DNA from: an uncultured Clostridia bacterium
GTDB taxonomy: Bacteria; Bacillota; Clostridia; Christensenellales; Borkfalkiaceae
Direction of reading: 5' to 3'
Length of the DNA stretch: 38,598 nucleotides
NCBI GenBank assembly: GCA_947629225.1
Contig: CANRCY010000001.1
Span: forward strand, 1-38,598
Shown: positions 26,924 through 38,100 of the stretch, one piece after another
How the letters are laid out: every line of letters begins with the position of its first letter
Position numbering within the stretch: the first letter of the stretch is position 1
Made by a program: the position numbers and the translations under genes
Notes under the pieces: model-generated
Told to the model about the DNA's origin: nothing
What the model saw: only the letters and a program-made list of their open reading frames with translations
Databases searched by the model: none

Positions 26924-28033
26924 ATGAAGACGGTCGCTGTGTTTTTCGGCGGGAAGTCCAACGAGAGAGAAATTTCGGTGATCACGGGCATTTACTGCGC
27001 CAACCTTTTGAAGAGCGCATACCGCGTTCTGCCCGTGTACCTCGACCCGTCTGGCGGAATGTTGCTCGCAGAGAGCGGCGGCGTGGAGGATTTCCGCAGG
27101 CAGGCGGAGCAAAAGTTCCGCGGGGCGAAGCGGCTCGCCTTTGTCACGGGGGGCTTGGCTCCCGAGGGAAAGCCGAAAAAGCGCATTGCGGTCGACTGCG
27201 CGCTCAACTGCTGCCACGGCGGCATGGGGGAAGGGGGCGTTCTCTCCGCACTGCTGGAATGGTTTCGCATTCCGTCCGCGTCTCCCGCGCTCGCACCCTC
27301 GGCGGTCTTCCTCGACAAAGCCCTCTCGAAATTTCTGCTTGCGGGAATGGGCGTTCCCGTTCTGCCCTCGTTCGCCCTCCGCGAACGGGAGTTTGCGGCG
27401 GGGGAGTGGAAGGAGCGGGCGGCGCGGCTCGGCTACCCCGTGATCGTAAAGCCGTGCAGGTTGGGTTCGAGCATCGGCATTGCCGTCGCAAAAAACGAGG
27501 AAGCGCTCGATGAGGCGCTCCGCCTTGCCTTCCGCCTCGACGGAGCCGCGCTCGTCGAAACATATCTCGAGGGCAAGCGCGACCTCAACGTCGCCGCCTA
27601 CCGCGCGGAGGAGCGGGTCGTTCTCTCTCCCGTGGAAGAAGTGTTTTCCGCCGCGCCGATCCTCACCTTCGGCGAAAAGTACGAGGAGACGGGGGAGCGG
27701 CAACACGAACTGCCCGCCCGTCTTCCCGAGGGGACGGCGGAGAAGATCGCGCAGACGCTCGCGTGCGTATATGAGCAGTTGGACATGTGCGGCATTGTGC
27801 GCGCGGATTTTTTGCTTGCGCCGACGGGCGAGGTCTACTTCAACGAACTCAACACCGTGCCGGGAACGCTCGCCGCGTATCTGTTCGGAGAGAGCCTGAC
27901 CGAGGCGCGCGGACTGCTCGTGCGGCTCGTGGAAGAGGGAATGAGGGAGCGCCCCGAAAAGGAGACGGTCGAGAGCGGAATTCTTTCAAAACCCCTGTTT
28001 TTCGGCAAAAATCGCTCAAAAATGAATATTTAG
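26924..28033 (+). CDS. ddl: D-alanine--D-alanine ligase, 369 aa
   Basis: MKTVAVFFGGKSNEREISVITG is followed by an ATP-grasp region ...GYPVIVKPCRLGSSIGI... and a C-terminal FNELNTVPG. AAGGAG lies 8 nt upstream of the ATG. Confidence 0.93.
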   Translation: MKTVAVFFGGKSNEREISVITGIYCANLLKSAYRVLPVYLDPSGGMLLAESGGVEDFRRQAEQKFRGAKRLAFVTGGLAPEGKPKKRIAVDCALNCCHGGMGEGGVLSALLEWFRIPSASPALAPSAVFLDKALSKFLLAGMGVPVLPSFALREREFAAGEWKERAARLGYPVIVKPCRLGSSIGIAVAKNEEALDEALRLAFRLDGAALVETYLEGKRDLNVAAYRAEERVVLSPVEEVFSAAPILTFGEKYEETGERQHELPARLPEGTAEKIAQTLACVYEQLDMCGIVRADFLLAPTGEVYFNELNTVPGTLAAYLFGESLTEARGLLVRLVEEGMRERPEKETVESGILSKPLFFGKNRSKMNI

Positions 28034-28065
28034 ATAAATGTCTAAATAATATTTAGATATTTATC
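28033..28065. promoter_or_regulatory. AT-rich 16-bp inverted repeat (one mismatch, 1-nt centre) overlapping the ddl stop
   Basis: gataaatgtctaaata-a-tatttagatatttatc. Confidence 0.5.
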
Positions 28066-28119
28066 GAAATAAAGAAAAAGGCGGGGTTTTGTTTACATAT
28101 TTATATATACGCGTGCGCG

Positions 28120-28620
28120 CGCGTGGGGATCTCGCCTTTGCCCACGGTGGGGGTTAAAAATGCGGAGCCCCCTTTCCCCCTCGCTTTGCTCGGGTACTTT
28201 CCCCCGCTTCGCGAGGGACAGCAAGCACCCCCACCACCGCCTGACGGCGGAGCCGCCCCCTTCAAAGGGGGCAGCTCTGTGCCCACCCCGATGGAGGGGG
28301 GGGAGGGGTGTGGGGCGGATTCTAAATACGTCACCCTGAGCCTGTCGAAGGGTGTCCGCTTTATAATGAGGTCATGTTTCGACTTCGGCTACGCCTTCGC
28401 TCAACATGACGTAATTAGAATAATGTGGAGATGTCTCCACTGCGGTCGACATGACAGTTGAGGAACCCCTCAGTCACTCACTGCGTTCGTGACAGCTCCC
28501 CTATAAGGGGCGCCAAGGAGGCGGATTCTGATTACGTCACCCTGAGCTTGTCGAAGGGTGTCCACTTTATAATGAGGTCATGTTTCGACTGCGCTCAACA
28601 TGACGTGATTAGAACAGCGT
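28120..28620. repeat. dense cluster of interspersed hairpin-repeat modules, including a ~100-bp direct duplication
   Basis: The two direct copies ggcggattct.a.tacgtcaccctgagc.tgtcgaagggtgtcc.ctttataatgaggtcatgtttcgac...ctcaacatgacgt.attagaa lie at 28314-28420 and 28520-28614. Also present are gagatgtctccactgcggtcgacatgac (28428-28455) and cccctcagtcactcactgcgttcgtgacagctcccctataaggggcgcc (28466-28514). Confidence 0.85.
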
Positions 28621-28671
28621 GTTAGAACGTGCTTGGACGGAGCAAGATTCCCTCGGGGAGTGGCTGTTCGG
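28562..28671 (+). repeat. left copy of the imperfect direct repeat flanking the giant-gene locus
   Basis: The hairpin module is followed by aacgtgcttggacggagcaagattccctcggggagtggctgttcgg (28626-28671). By my count this matches 38553-38598 at 40 of 46 positions. Confidence 0.75.
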
Positions 28672-28807
28672 ACTTCGTTCTTTCCGTTACGGCTCGGAAT
28701 GACGCACAGGCACGGGGCGGAAGTGAAAAAATATGACAAAAAAGGGGAAAAATCACAAAAAAGGCTCAATTTCTCAAAAATAAAGGTGAAAAAATTTCTT
28801 AAAACTC

Positions 28808-28836
28808 TTGACATGAAACACCCGCTTTGTTATAAT
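28808..28836 (+). promoter_or_regulatory. consensus sigma-70 promoter P1 upstream of the giant gene
   Basis: TTGACA (28808-28813), exactly 17 nt, then TATAAT (28831-28836). It is preceded by a long A-rich UP-like stretch (aaaaataaaggtgaaaaaatttcttaaaactc). Confidence 0.75.
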
Positions 28837-29021
28837 ACCCATGTACACTTAGCGGATTATACCTGCTGAGGGTCTGCAATTTCATACGATAGATACGATC
28901 TCGGTCCGAATTTTTTGCAAAAAAGCGGAAACGCACACCCCGAAGCGGTGATGTTTTTCTGCCGACTTCGGGTATTTCTGTCATTTTTTTCAAAAAAGTT
29001 TCCTTTTTTGATTTTAATTAC

Positions 29022-29050
29022 TTGACCGAGGTTCGAAATCGTGATAAAAT
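29022..29050 (+). promoter_or_regulatory. second candidate promoter P2 inside the leader
   Basis: TTGACC, a 17-nt spacer ending in TGa, then TAAAAT. It lies 75 nt upstream of the ATG. Confidence 0.5.
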
Positions 29051-29124
29051 GTAGCCCGAGGTGTGGCATAAGCCCTTTTATGTGCACTTTTTAAGGTAAG
29101 AAAAATAAGGAAAGGAGAATCATT

Positions 29125-32100
29125 ATGGAAAGACAATCAACCAGTAAGCTTTACAGAGCCCTGATTGCCGTTGTGGCTTTCTTTGTGCTTTGCACGTCTG
29201 CCATATTGTTTGCTTCCTGCGGGACTAACCCTCTCGAATGTGAGCATACATACGGCCCCGGCGATGTAAAAGAAGTCAGAGTAGCCGACTGCGGCAACGA
29301 CGGCACTGTTACTTACGAATGCTCCAAGTGCGGCGCTCTCGTAACCGTTACGGTTACGCTTGCGACGGGCGAACACGAGATCGTGAACGGCCGTTGCAAG
29401 AAGTGCGGCGCTACGGGCACGGAAGGCAGTTTGACGCTTGCCGATCTGAAAGCAGACCTTACGTCGATCCTCACCGCATTGAATACCGTTGCGGGGAAGG
29501 CTGATGTAGATAAGGTTGCAAGCTCCGTCGTTGAGGCTCTCAAGAACCCCGATACGACGATCCCCAACCTCTGGAAGCTTTTGACCGATATCAGAGATAA
29601 CATCGCGGAGCTTGACTTCGGCGACATCGAAATTATCGACGACGGCGAGACCACCACGCTCGGCGCGGTCATCGCTTCTCTGTACAAGCAAGTCAACAAG
29701 CTCTATGTCGACCTCACCGACGAAGGCAAGAATACGGACGGTCTCTATGACCTGCTTGTCGGCGTTGGCGGAACGGGTACGCAGGAACACGTGCACAACT
29801 GGGTGCTCGAGCTCAAGGATCCCGACAGCTACAGCTGCACCGAGCCCAACATCTATGTCTGGGGCTGCTCCTTCTGCACTGCAACGAAGGGCGAGGAAGT
29901 CACCGTTATGGCGACCGGTCACGCAACCGAGTTCGAGACGGGCAAGACCGCAGCAGGTCACCATTACGACGCGACCTGCATTTCCCCTGCACGCGTAGAG
30001 GGCTATTGCCACAACTGCGGCGAGTGGACCGGCGAATGGACGACCCAGGGTCAGCCTACCTATCAGCACCACTATGTGCTTGAAACGGGCACTGATGCTG
30101 ACGGCGAGACGGGTGCCAAAGGTTCCTGCACTTCCGTTCATAAGAACGTGTACCACTGCGAGACCTGCGGCGGCGCTTACGTCGAAGAGACCACGGGCAG
30201 CTCGAACGGTCAGCACAACTACTACTATGTTGCGAATGAGGATGGCACCAACAAGCAGCCGATGGAGGATAAGGATAAGATCGCTGTTTGGAATAAAGCT
30301 CATCCCGATGACACGATCACCGATCTCAGCGAGCTCACCGTGAGTGAGGAGCAAGAACTCAACGAACTTCTCAAAGAAGGTCGTCTTGAGGATGGTCGTG
30401 TTTACGCGCTCAACGTTGTTTACTATTCCGCTCCCAACTGCGTCGATCCTGCGCTCATCGTTGTCGAGTGCATGGAGTGCGGCGTTCGCTATGCGTACAC
30501 CTTCGGTCAGCCCGACGGACATCACTTCATCCTTGTGCATGAAGAAGATGCTGCGACCTGCACGATGGATGGCGTGAAAGAGTACTTCTACTGCGATCAC
30601 TGCGGATATTTCTTCTTCCTTGACGGAATCAATAATGGCGACCTTGTCGAAATCTCCACCGGCACCTTTGCGGGGCACAAAGAGTTCCCGGCAACCGCCA
30701 ATCTTGGTTCCAAAGAATATACGAGAAACTACATGACCGACCTTGACGGCAAAGTCATCAACGACAAGACGAACAAGGCGCTCGAAAATCAAGCCGCTTA
30801 CGATGTTGCGACCGACGGCGCTCCCGCGCTCGGGCACGACTATGTGGTCGTTTACACCAACAACCGCAAGTGCGTCACCGCGCAGGACTACATCCTTGTC
30901 TGCCAGCGTAAGGGTTGCTTGGCGCATGACGGTACCACGGAGTTCAGCTCTCTTGTTAAAGTTGAGGGCGAAACGAAAGCTACCGACAGTACGGCTCTCT
31001 TCTATCAGGCTGTGAAGAATGGTCCTTACTTCCTGAAAGGACTTACGGGCGACAACACGAAGTCCGTGCTCGACGTTTTGCTTGCAACCGTCAATGAGAC
31101 GGCTGACGATACTGCCGATACGACTTCCGACCTCACGAAGGAATGGGAGGCGATCAAGGACGGCGAAAGAGCCGATGTGTTTATTTGGCTTGCAGAGCAC
31201 GGCTATCTTGTCCGCGACTCGTTAGACGATGAAGTCTTCGGAAGCATCTCCATAGATGACACGAAGAAGTGGTACGATGCGGAAACCGGCAAGCTCACGG
31301 ATGACGCTAAGACCGCAATCGATGAGTATCTTGCCAAGCTCGACGCGCTCCAGGAAGGCGAATATGACGGCGAATATGACCTTGCGAAACTTTACAACGG
31401 ATACAGCAAGGCGGAAACGGGCACCACGACGAAGACGAAGGTCGCAAGCAACGTTCTTGTCGGCTTCGAACTTCCCGTCACGGGTCACGCGTTCAACGAT
31501 TACTTTGTGACCGTTGTCGGCGGCTGCACGCTGTATGAACGTCACGTTCGCTTCTGCGCTGTCTGCGGACAGTACACGGCTACGCCGAGCGAGACGACCG
31601 GTGTATGGCCTTACGTTGTGAGCGGCGATACCGATGCGTCCCTCCTGAAGGGCGGGGATAACGACCTCGAAGCTTCTTGGAAAGCTGTTTTGGAAGCAGC
31701 AGAGAAAGCTGACCCCCTGGAGAGCCCGATGATGGTAATCAATTGGCTTGCGAAGTACGGTTATCTGAACGATTATCGTGACTGCGCCGTTACGACGCCG
31801 ATCGACGGGCAAGAAATGTACCGTATCGGAACCCGCGTAATGGATATTATTGGGGCGAAGGACGAAGAAGACGACGACTTCGACGCCCTCGAATATCTTA
31901 CCGGGTTCTATGGAAAGAATGTTCTCCCCGAATTCAAAGTTGATGTGAAGTTCGGGAAGAGAGACACTATGGAAGACGAAGAGCTTCCGGTCTATGTGGC
32001 AGACGACAAGCCCGTCGTTCTCGGACATACCTTCGACGCAGTGACCCTGCTCAGCGAAGAAGTGTGCGACGCTCCCGGCAGATACGTTTACGTCTGCTCC

Positions 32101-35100
32101 AAGTGCGGCGACCCGCTCAACACCAGCAAAGGCACGCTCAAATACATGAGCGGCAGCGCGACGGTGGATACGGGGCTCAAACTCGTTGAGGATCCTATCT
32201 TCAAGTCCGAAGAGTACATTTTGAAGGCTTCCGCTCAGGCATCGCGCCTCGCTCAGGCGACGGATAAGCTTGACAAGTCCGACCTTCAGAGACTCTATGA
32301 AGATGTTGAGAATGTCGGCGACAATATGTTCGATTGGCTCCTTGAACACGGCTATCTGAACAACGTCATCGATACCTACTACACCGTTGGTTACACCGAT
32401 GCGCAGAAGGCGCTTCACGGCGGCTGGCTCGCAGATAACATCAAGAAAGCCGGCGACGATACCAACGCTATCGAAGGCAGCATCCAGGAATGGTATAACA
32501 CCGCCCGCGCTAACTTCTATGACGAAAACGGCGCGCTCAAAGAAGCGGCTGTCACCGAGCATAAGGAATATTTGAAGGCTCTTGCGCTTAAGCTCCTCGA
32601 CGGAGAGAATCCCGATATCACGGATTACTACGAGAAGAGCTCGAACACGTACAGGACCAATCCCGAAGATCCCAAGACCGAGGTCAAGGATCTTCCCGCG
32701 AACAAGACCATCGACGACGCGGCGACCGAAGTTCCCATGTCCGGACATCTCTATGCCTATGAAGACGGCACCCGCATCAATCTGAGCGAGAACGGCGACG
32801 GTATCTGCACAGACTTCCGCAGCAAAGAAGTGCTCGAGAAGTACTATGCAAAGAACGTGATGATCTATTGGGTCGAGCCCGCGCTTGTAAACGGTGCGTT
32901 TAAGGCTAATCCCAACTACGACAAGAACAGCGACGACGTCAAGAAGTGGGCTCCTTATGCCACCGCAGACGGCAAGCCCGCAGGTTGGGTCGTATTGACG
33001 GATAAGGAAGGCAACCCTGTTGAATTCGATCCCGCGGACCTCGATCCCGACTTCGTCGCTCAGGTCGCTGAGTTCGGTATTGTCGGCGCGTGCATGAGAG
33101 AGAACTGCCCTTATCACACGAAGTACGACAAAGCCGCGCATACCTATGACAAAAAGGATGCGAAGGCGAACGGCTTCACCGCAGGATACCTTGCGGCAAC
33201 CGATCACGTCAAGGTCTATGAGAAGTATGCGGTAGATGGCAACACGAAACTTCCCATCGAATCGAGAGTTGACACGATCGGCGGTAAGAAAGTCTATTAC
33301 AACTACAAGAAAGTTGAAGAGTACATGGTCGTAGAATCTGCGAAGTACTTTGCAGAAGGCGTAGGCGGAACGGGTACGAACTACGAGAGATGGACTGCCA
33401 TCGCCAGCAAGGCAGGTTTGGATAAGACGGATGAAACCCGTACCGACGAGACCGAGAAGGCGAACTACAAGATCCTCTATGACGCCGCTACGGCTGCCAG
33501 AAACGACGATCTCCACAACCTCTACACCTTGCAGTGGATCTGGAACACTCTGTTTGTTCCCGCCGATTGGCTGACTCCCGAAGATAAAGATACTGCGGCG
33601 ACCCGCCAGGCAATGTATCCTACGCTTCCGATCAAGGATGAGACCGGCAAGGTTCTTACCACAATGAGAAAGCAGGTCCTGCGTCTTCAGACGTTGTTCC
33701 AGCAAGCAGGCGTGCGCTATCTTTGGAGAGAAATTGAAGGTCGTCCGGGCGAATACGTCTCCGCATGGCGTCCTCTCACCGATAGCTTTATGCCTTCCTG
33801 CTGGGTATCCTTGCGCTGCAAGTGGTACAGGTCGACGTCGGATCACAAGTGCACCTATATCGACCCGACCGTCAACCACGACTGGCCTTACTACGGCGAG
33901 TTTGACTACGATACCCATGCTGCAAACTGCAAGCATCCCGACCTCTGCAACACCTGCGGCAAGGAAATGGGTAGATTCGGCGATCACAAGTTGATCCAAG
34001 TCGATCCCGGCAAAGACAATGCGCTGAACAGCCAGAGCATGAAAGCCGCTTGGATCGAAGTGCTCAAGCACTACAAAGAAATCGATTGGCTCAAAGACAT
34101 CATTTGGGTCGACGAAGCGAACCTCTCCGTTAACAACTGGTCTACCTGCTGGAAAATTCTTGCAGATACCTGCTACGAAGGCGAGACGGTAGAAGGCGTT
34201 GCCAATGTCGGCAAGGAAGACGGTCACAAGATCTATGTCTGCTCGGGCGAACTCGAAGTCATCTACAACGAGATCGTGAATCCGATCGAACAAGCCGCGC
34301 AGACTTGGGAACAAGTCGTCGGCGAAGGTCTCGATGTTGAATGGGATGTTGCTTCCGCGGCAGACGCGAAGGACGGCAACTACTTCGTTGCAACCATTGA
34401 CAATGAAAAGCACAACTTCGTGACGCGCTACTACGCATTGAGAGACTTCAAGTTGAACGGCGTTGAGTACAAGAAGGATCAGCTCCTTGCGGCGAACGAA
34501 GACGAATGGAACGAGAAGTTTGCGTTCAGCGAATTTGTCTGCCAAGGCGGTTACTACACCTTGGACGTCTGCACCCACATCAAGCGCGATACCGCCCACA
34601 TCGCGGAAGGCGAAGGCGCTTGCAAGCCCGGTTGCGAACACGAGTGCGGCAAGGTCGAAGAAGGCAGCAGAAGAGATTATCCGGCCGCAGGTCATTTCCT
34701 TGCACCTGTTGAGAATTACTGGACGTATGCCGAAAGATACACTCCTGCATCGGCAGAGCACAATGCGAGCATGATCCAGGTCTGCGTCATCTGCGGCGTA
34801 CGCACCCAGAGCAGAGAGTACGGCGTTACCGACGACGGTCAAGATCACGAACAGTACAACATTGCAACGAAGACGATGATCGATCGTTGGAACGAGCATG
34901 TCGAAGCTTACAACAAGAAGGTTGACGAGAGCCTCGGCGATCTCGAAGAAGGCGAAGATCCTGTCTATCTCTACAAAGCTCAGTTGCCGCTGTCCAAGGA
35001 TTTGAAGGGAACTTCGAGCAGTGGGGAATTCGAAGCGGGCGGAAAGATCTTCGGCGATGGCTTGAACGTTTACCAAGAAAGCGCTAATCTTACATTGAAA

Positions 35101-38100
35101 GGTCAGGGCGTAGTTGGTGAAACGTTCGATAGCGAAGCGACCGTTCTTGTTGCCGAAGGCAAGGAGCTCTCCTTTACGGGCACCTCGTCTGATCTCAAGC
35201 TCCACGGTACGGTCAACTTCGTCGGTGAAGGCGAAGGCGCAACGGTAGACTTCTCCGCTCTCGGCGGTATGCTGAAGGATTCGAACAGCATCCACCTCGT
35301 TTTCGAGAACATGACTGTCATCATGAACGACGAGAGTACAAGCGGGGATACCCGTATCGCTGTCGACTATCGTGGTAGCACATACACGTTCAAGAATTCG
35401 ACGATCATAAGCAAGACGATTCCTTTCGGGTTCAATGCTACGAAAAACTTGTCCGGAAATAAGATCTTTATTGAGGACAGTGTGTTCATCAGCACCGATG
35501 GTGAAGGCTTCGCGATTTGGGATCCCGAATTGACCGTTGAAGCGTCGAACAGTGCCTTCTTCGGCAAGAATGCAGGTGCATTCATCCGTGCAGGCAAAGC
35601 TACCTTCGAAGATTGCGAATTCTACACCGAAGCAGGTCAGAAGGGCGATGCGTGGGGCGATGGTTCCGACACCAACGTTTCCGCCGGCATCATCATCGGT
35701 AACTGCGAAGATAAGAAAGCGACCGATTATGGCAATGCGGAAGTTGTTCTCCACGGCTGCAAGTTCGGCACCACCACCGCCGCCAACATGGAGAACTGGG
35801 GAACGGAAGCATTCACAGCTGAGGCTTGCACTGCAGCCGATCCCGCAATCGCGGCATTCTCGTCCTCTTTGAACGAGACGAAAGTCACTCTTGACAAGGC
35901 GTCTCTCCTCAATGCGGATAAGATCGCTCCGACCCCCGGATTCAAGATGGTGGAAGGCGAGAAAGTAAGCACTCTTAAGATGATCTATCCCGAAACTATC
36001 GCAGCGACCGACCTCGGCAAAACTGCCGGTGAACAGGCTCAGAACGCCGCCAAGCTCGTTGAGAGCTTGGTCGGCGCGGGCGGCGAGATCAAACTTCCCA
36101 AGGTAGACAAGACCGGGACTGTCGACACTGTGATCGATCTGACCGGCTCGGTCGACGTTGCCGAAGGCGTGGAGACGACTGTCGACCTCGGCGGGAACGT
36201 TGTTCAGCTTGCCGAAGGCAGCACTTCCAACCATGTTGTCGGTTCCCTCAAACTGACGAACGGCACGGTCACGGGCGGCATGGATGACGCCAGGTTCTCC
36301 GACTTCGAAGTGACCGGTAGCCTCGAACTTGATGGGATCACCGCAACCTTCGATAAGGGCGGCATCGCGGCATTCGGCGCGAACGCTCAAATCGTGATCA
36401 AGAACAGCCATATTATCGGCGGGACCCAGGTCATCGCAACGAACAATGCGAAGACGCAGGGTAAGTCGATTACGATCGAGAACTCCACAGTCATCGCAAC
36501 GGCGAAATACGGTTGTGCGCTCCTTGTCAATCAGGCAGGCGTAACGGTCACCGCGAAGAACACCACGTTCTTTGGTATCGATACCGCTGTTTGGGTACGC
36601 GCAGGTGTGGCGACCTTCGATGGTTGCACCTTCGTCTCCGGCGGTTGGAGAGTCGGTGACACTGCGTGGGGTGAGGGCGCCCAGATGAAGAATCTTGCCT
36701 ATGCGGCTCTTGCAGTCGGCGAAGGCGAGGGCATGGATTATGGCGACGCTACCGTTACGGTCACGGGCGATACGAAAGTTGTCCGCGGTTGGAACAACAG
36801 CCTCGATAAGACCTATGCTCCCGATTCGGACAACACCGTTGCTTGGACGGACGCGGGCGAGATCACCTATGTGAAGAACAACGGCGAAGCTCAAGCTAAC
36901 GCTCTTTCCAAGAGATTCACCGTTGCTACCAACACCCATAACGTCACGGTTACCTTCGGCAGCAAGGCGATCGCCGATCTGTTCATGGCTCCTACCGATA
37001 TCTTTGTCGGAAAGGCGGCAACCGCTGAAACGAAGTACACCGTTGCAGGGCTCGTTGAGGGCGAAACCGAATTCGGCGATTTGAGCAAGATCACCGTTCG
37101 GTATCGGGACGGCGGCACGGATACCGCACCCGAATACAAGCCCGTTGGCGCAGGCGCGTTGACCCTTGCTAAGAGCGAAGTCGCTTCCAAGGCTCCCGAC
37201 GCTCTCAAGAACGCGGCTGAAAACGGCGGTAAGATCGAACTTCCCGCTCCTGCAAAGGCTGCAGACGCTAAAACCGTAACGATCGATGCGGCTGTTCTTC
37301 AAACTCCCGAAGCTAAAGAAGGAGATGATCCTGTAAAGCTTGAGGTGAACCTTAACGGCAACAACCTTACGATCAACGGCGATGGAGAGCACAGCGATAT
37401 CCTTGCGAACAAAGGCACGGAAATCGTGATCGACGGCGGGAACGGCGTGCTCGATCTTAAGGGCACTAAGGGCGCGAACGGTGCGGATGGTATCGGCTCC
37501 AAGCTCACCATCAAAAATACTGTTGTGAAGACGGCATCGGCGATCCAGGGTCAGAACGGCGCGGTAATCGTTCTCGAGAACACGACCGTTCTCTCGAAGG
37601 CTAAGTACGGTGTCTCCACGAACAACACCTTAGCATCCCCTGACGTGACTTATACGATCACGAACAGCAAGATCGCAAGCTATGAGACCGGTAACATCGG
37701 ACTTCTCATCAATAATGACAAAGTAACGCTTAACGCGACGGATAGCGAATTCTACGGTCTTTGCACGGGCGCATGGGTGCGTTCCGGCGTGGCGAACTTC
37801 ACGAATTGCACGTTCATTTCCGGAAGCTCCTTCACGGGCGGCGCGACATGGGGTTCCGGCACAAAGTGCCCCGATGCTGCGAAAGCTGCGCTCCTCGTCG
37901 GTGACGGTGAAGGTGTGTATGGCAACGCGACTGTGACGTTGAATGCAGGTTGCAAGGCTATTTGCTCCTTCGAGTATGACGCCACGAGTAGCAATGTTGA
38001 CGCTGCTATCGACAGTTCCGAGAAGAGCTATGTGAAGTTCGACGCAACCAAGAATTGGTTTGAATTCACGCCTTACACCGGGACCGCTCAGCACAAGCAG

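Noticed and set aside
28101-28461. Small ORFs 28101..28334(-) and 28123..28461(+) in the ddl/giant-gene spacer.
   Set aside because: They lie entirely within the repeat modules. Their Pro/Gly-rich products come from GC hairpins. They have no RBS.
28578-29087. Small ORFs 28578..28814(-), 28633..28869(+), 28799..28993(-) and 28857..29087(-).
   Set aside because: They overlap the promoter and leader region. They are Lys/Phe-rich because of A/T tracts. They have no RBS and no recognisable motif.
28837-29124. A c-di-GMP or other known riboswitch in the giant-gene leader.
   Set aside because: Only a short ACGCACA string resembles the c-di-GMP-I core. The adjacent conserved GGGCAAACC and GGACGCAAAGCC elements are missing. 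I recognised no other known aptamer core.
29137-31200. A 687-aa antisense ORF over the 5' part of the giant gene.
   Set aside because: It has the same codon-aligned shadow explanation. It is bounded by the sense TCA at 29137 and the sense TTA at 31222.
31222-37392. A 2,056-aa ORF on the - strand, antisense to the giant gene.
   Set aside because: This is a shadow ORF.
- Its codons are exactly aligned with the sense codons (both start at positions congruent to 1 mod 3). A stop in it therefore needs a sense TTA, CTA or TCA codon.
- The sense gene uses these only at 29137 (TCA), 31222 (TTA) and 37630 (TTA).
- The antisense product is motif-free and low in information.
- It has no RBS or promoter, and it would end inside the sense gene.
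- The same effect occurs opposite most housekeeping genes in this window.
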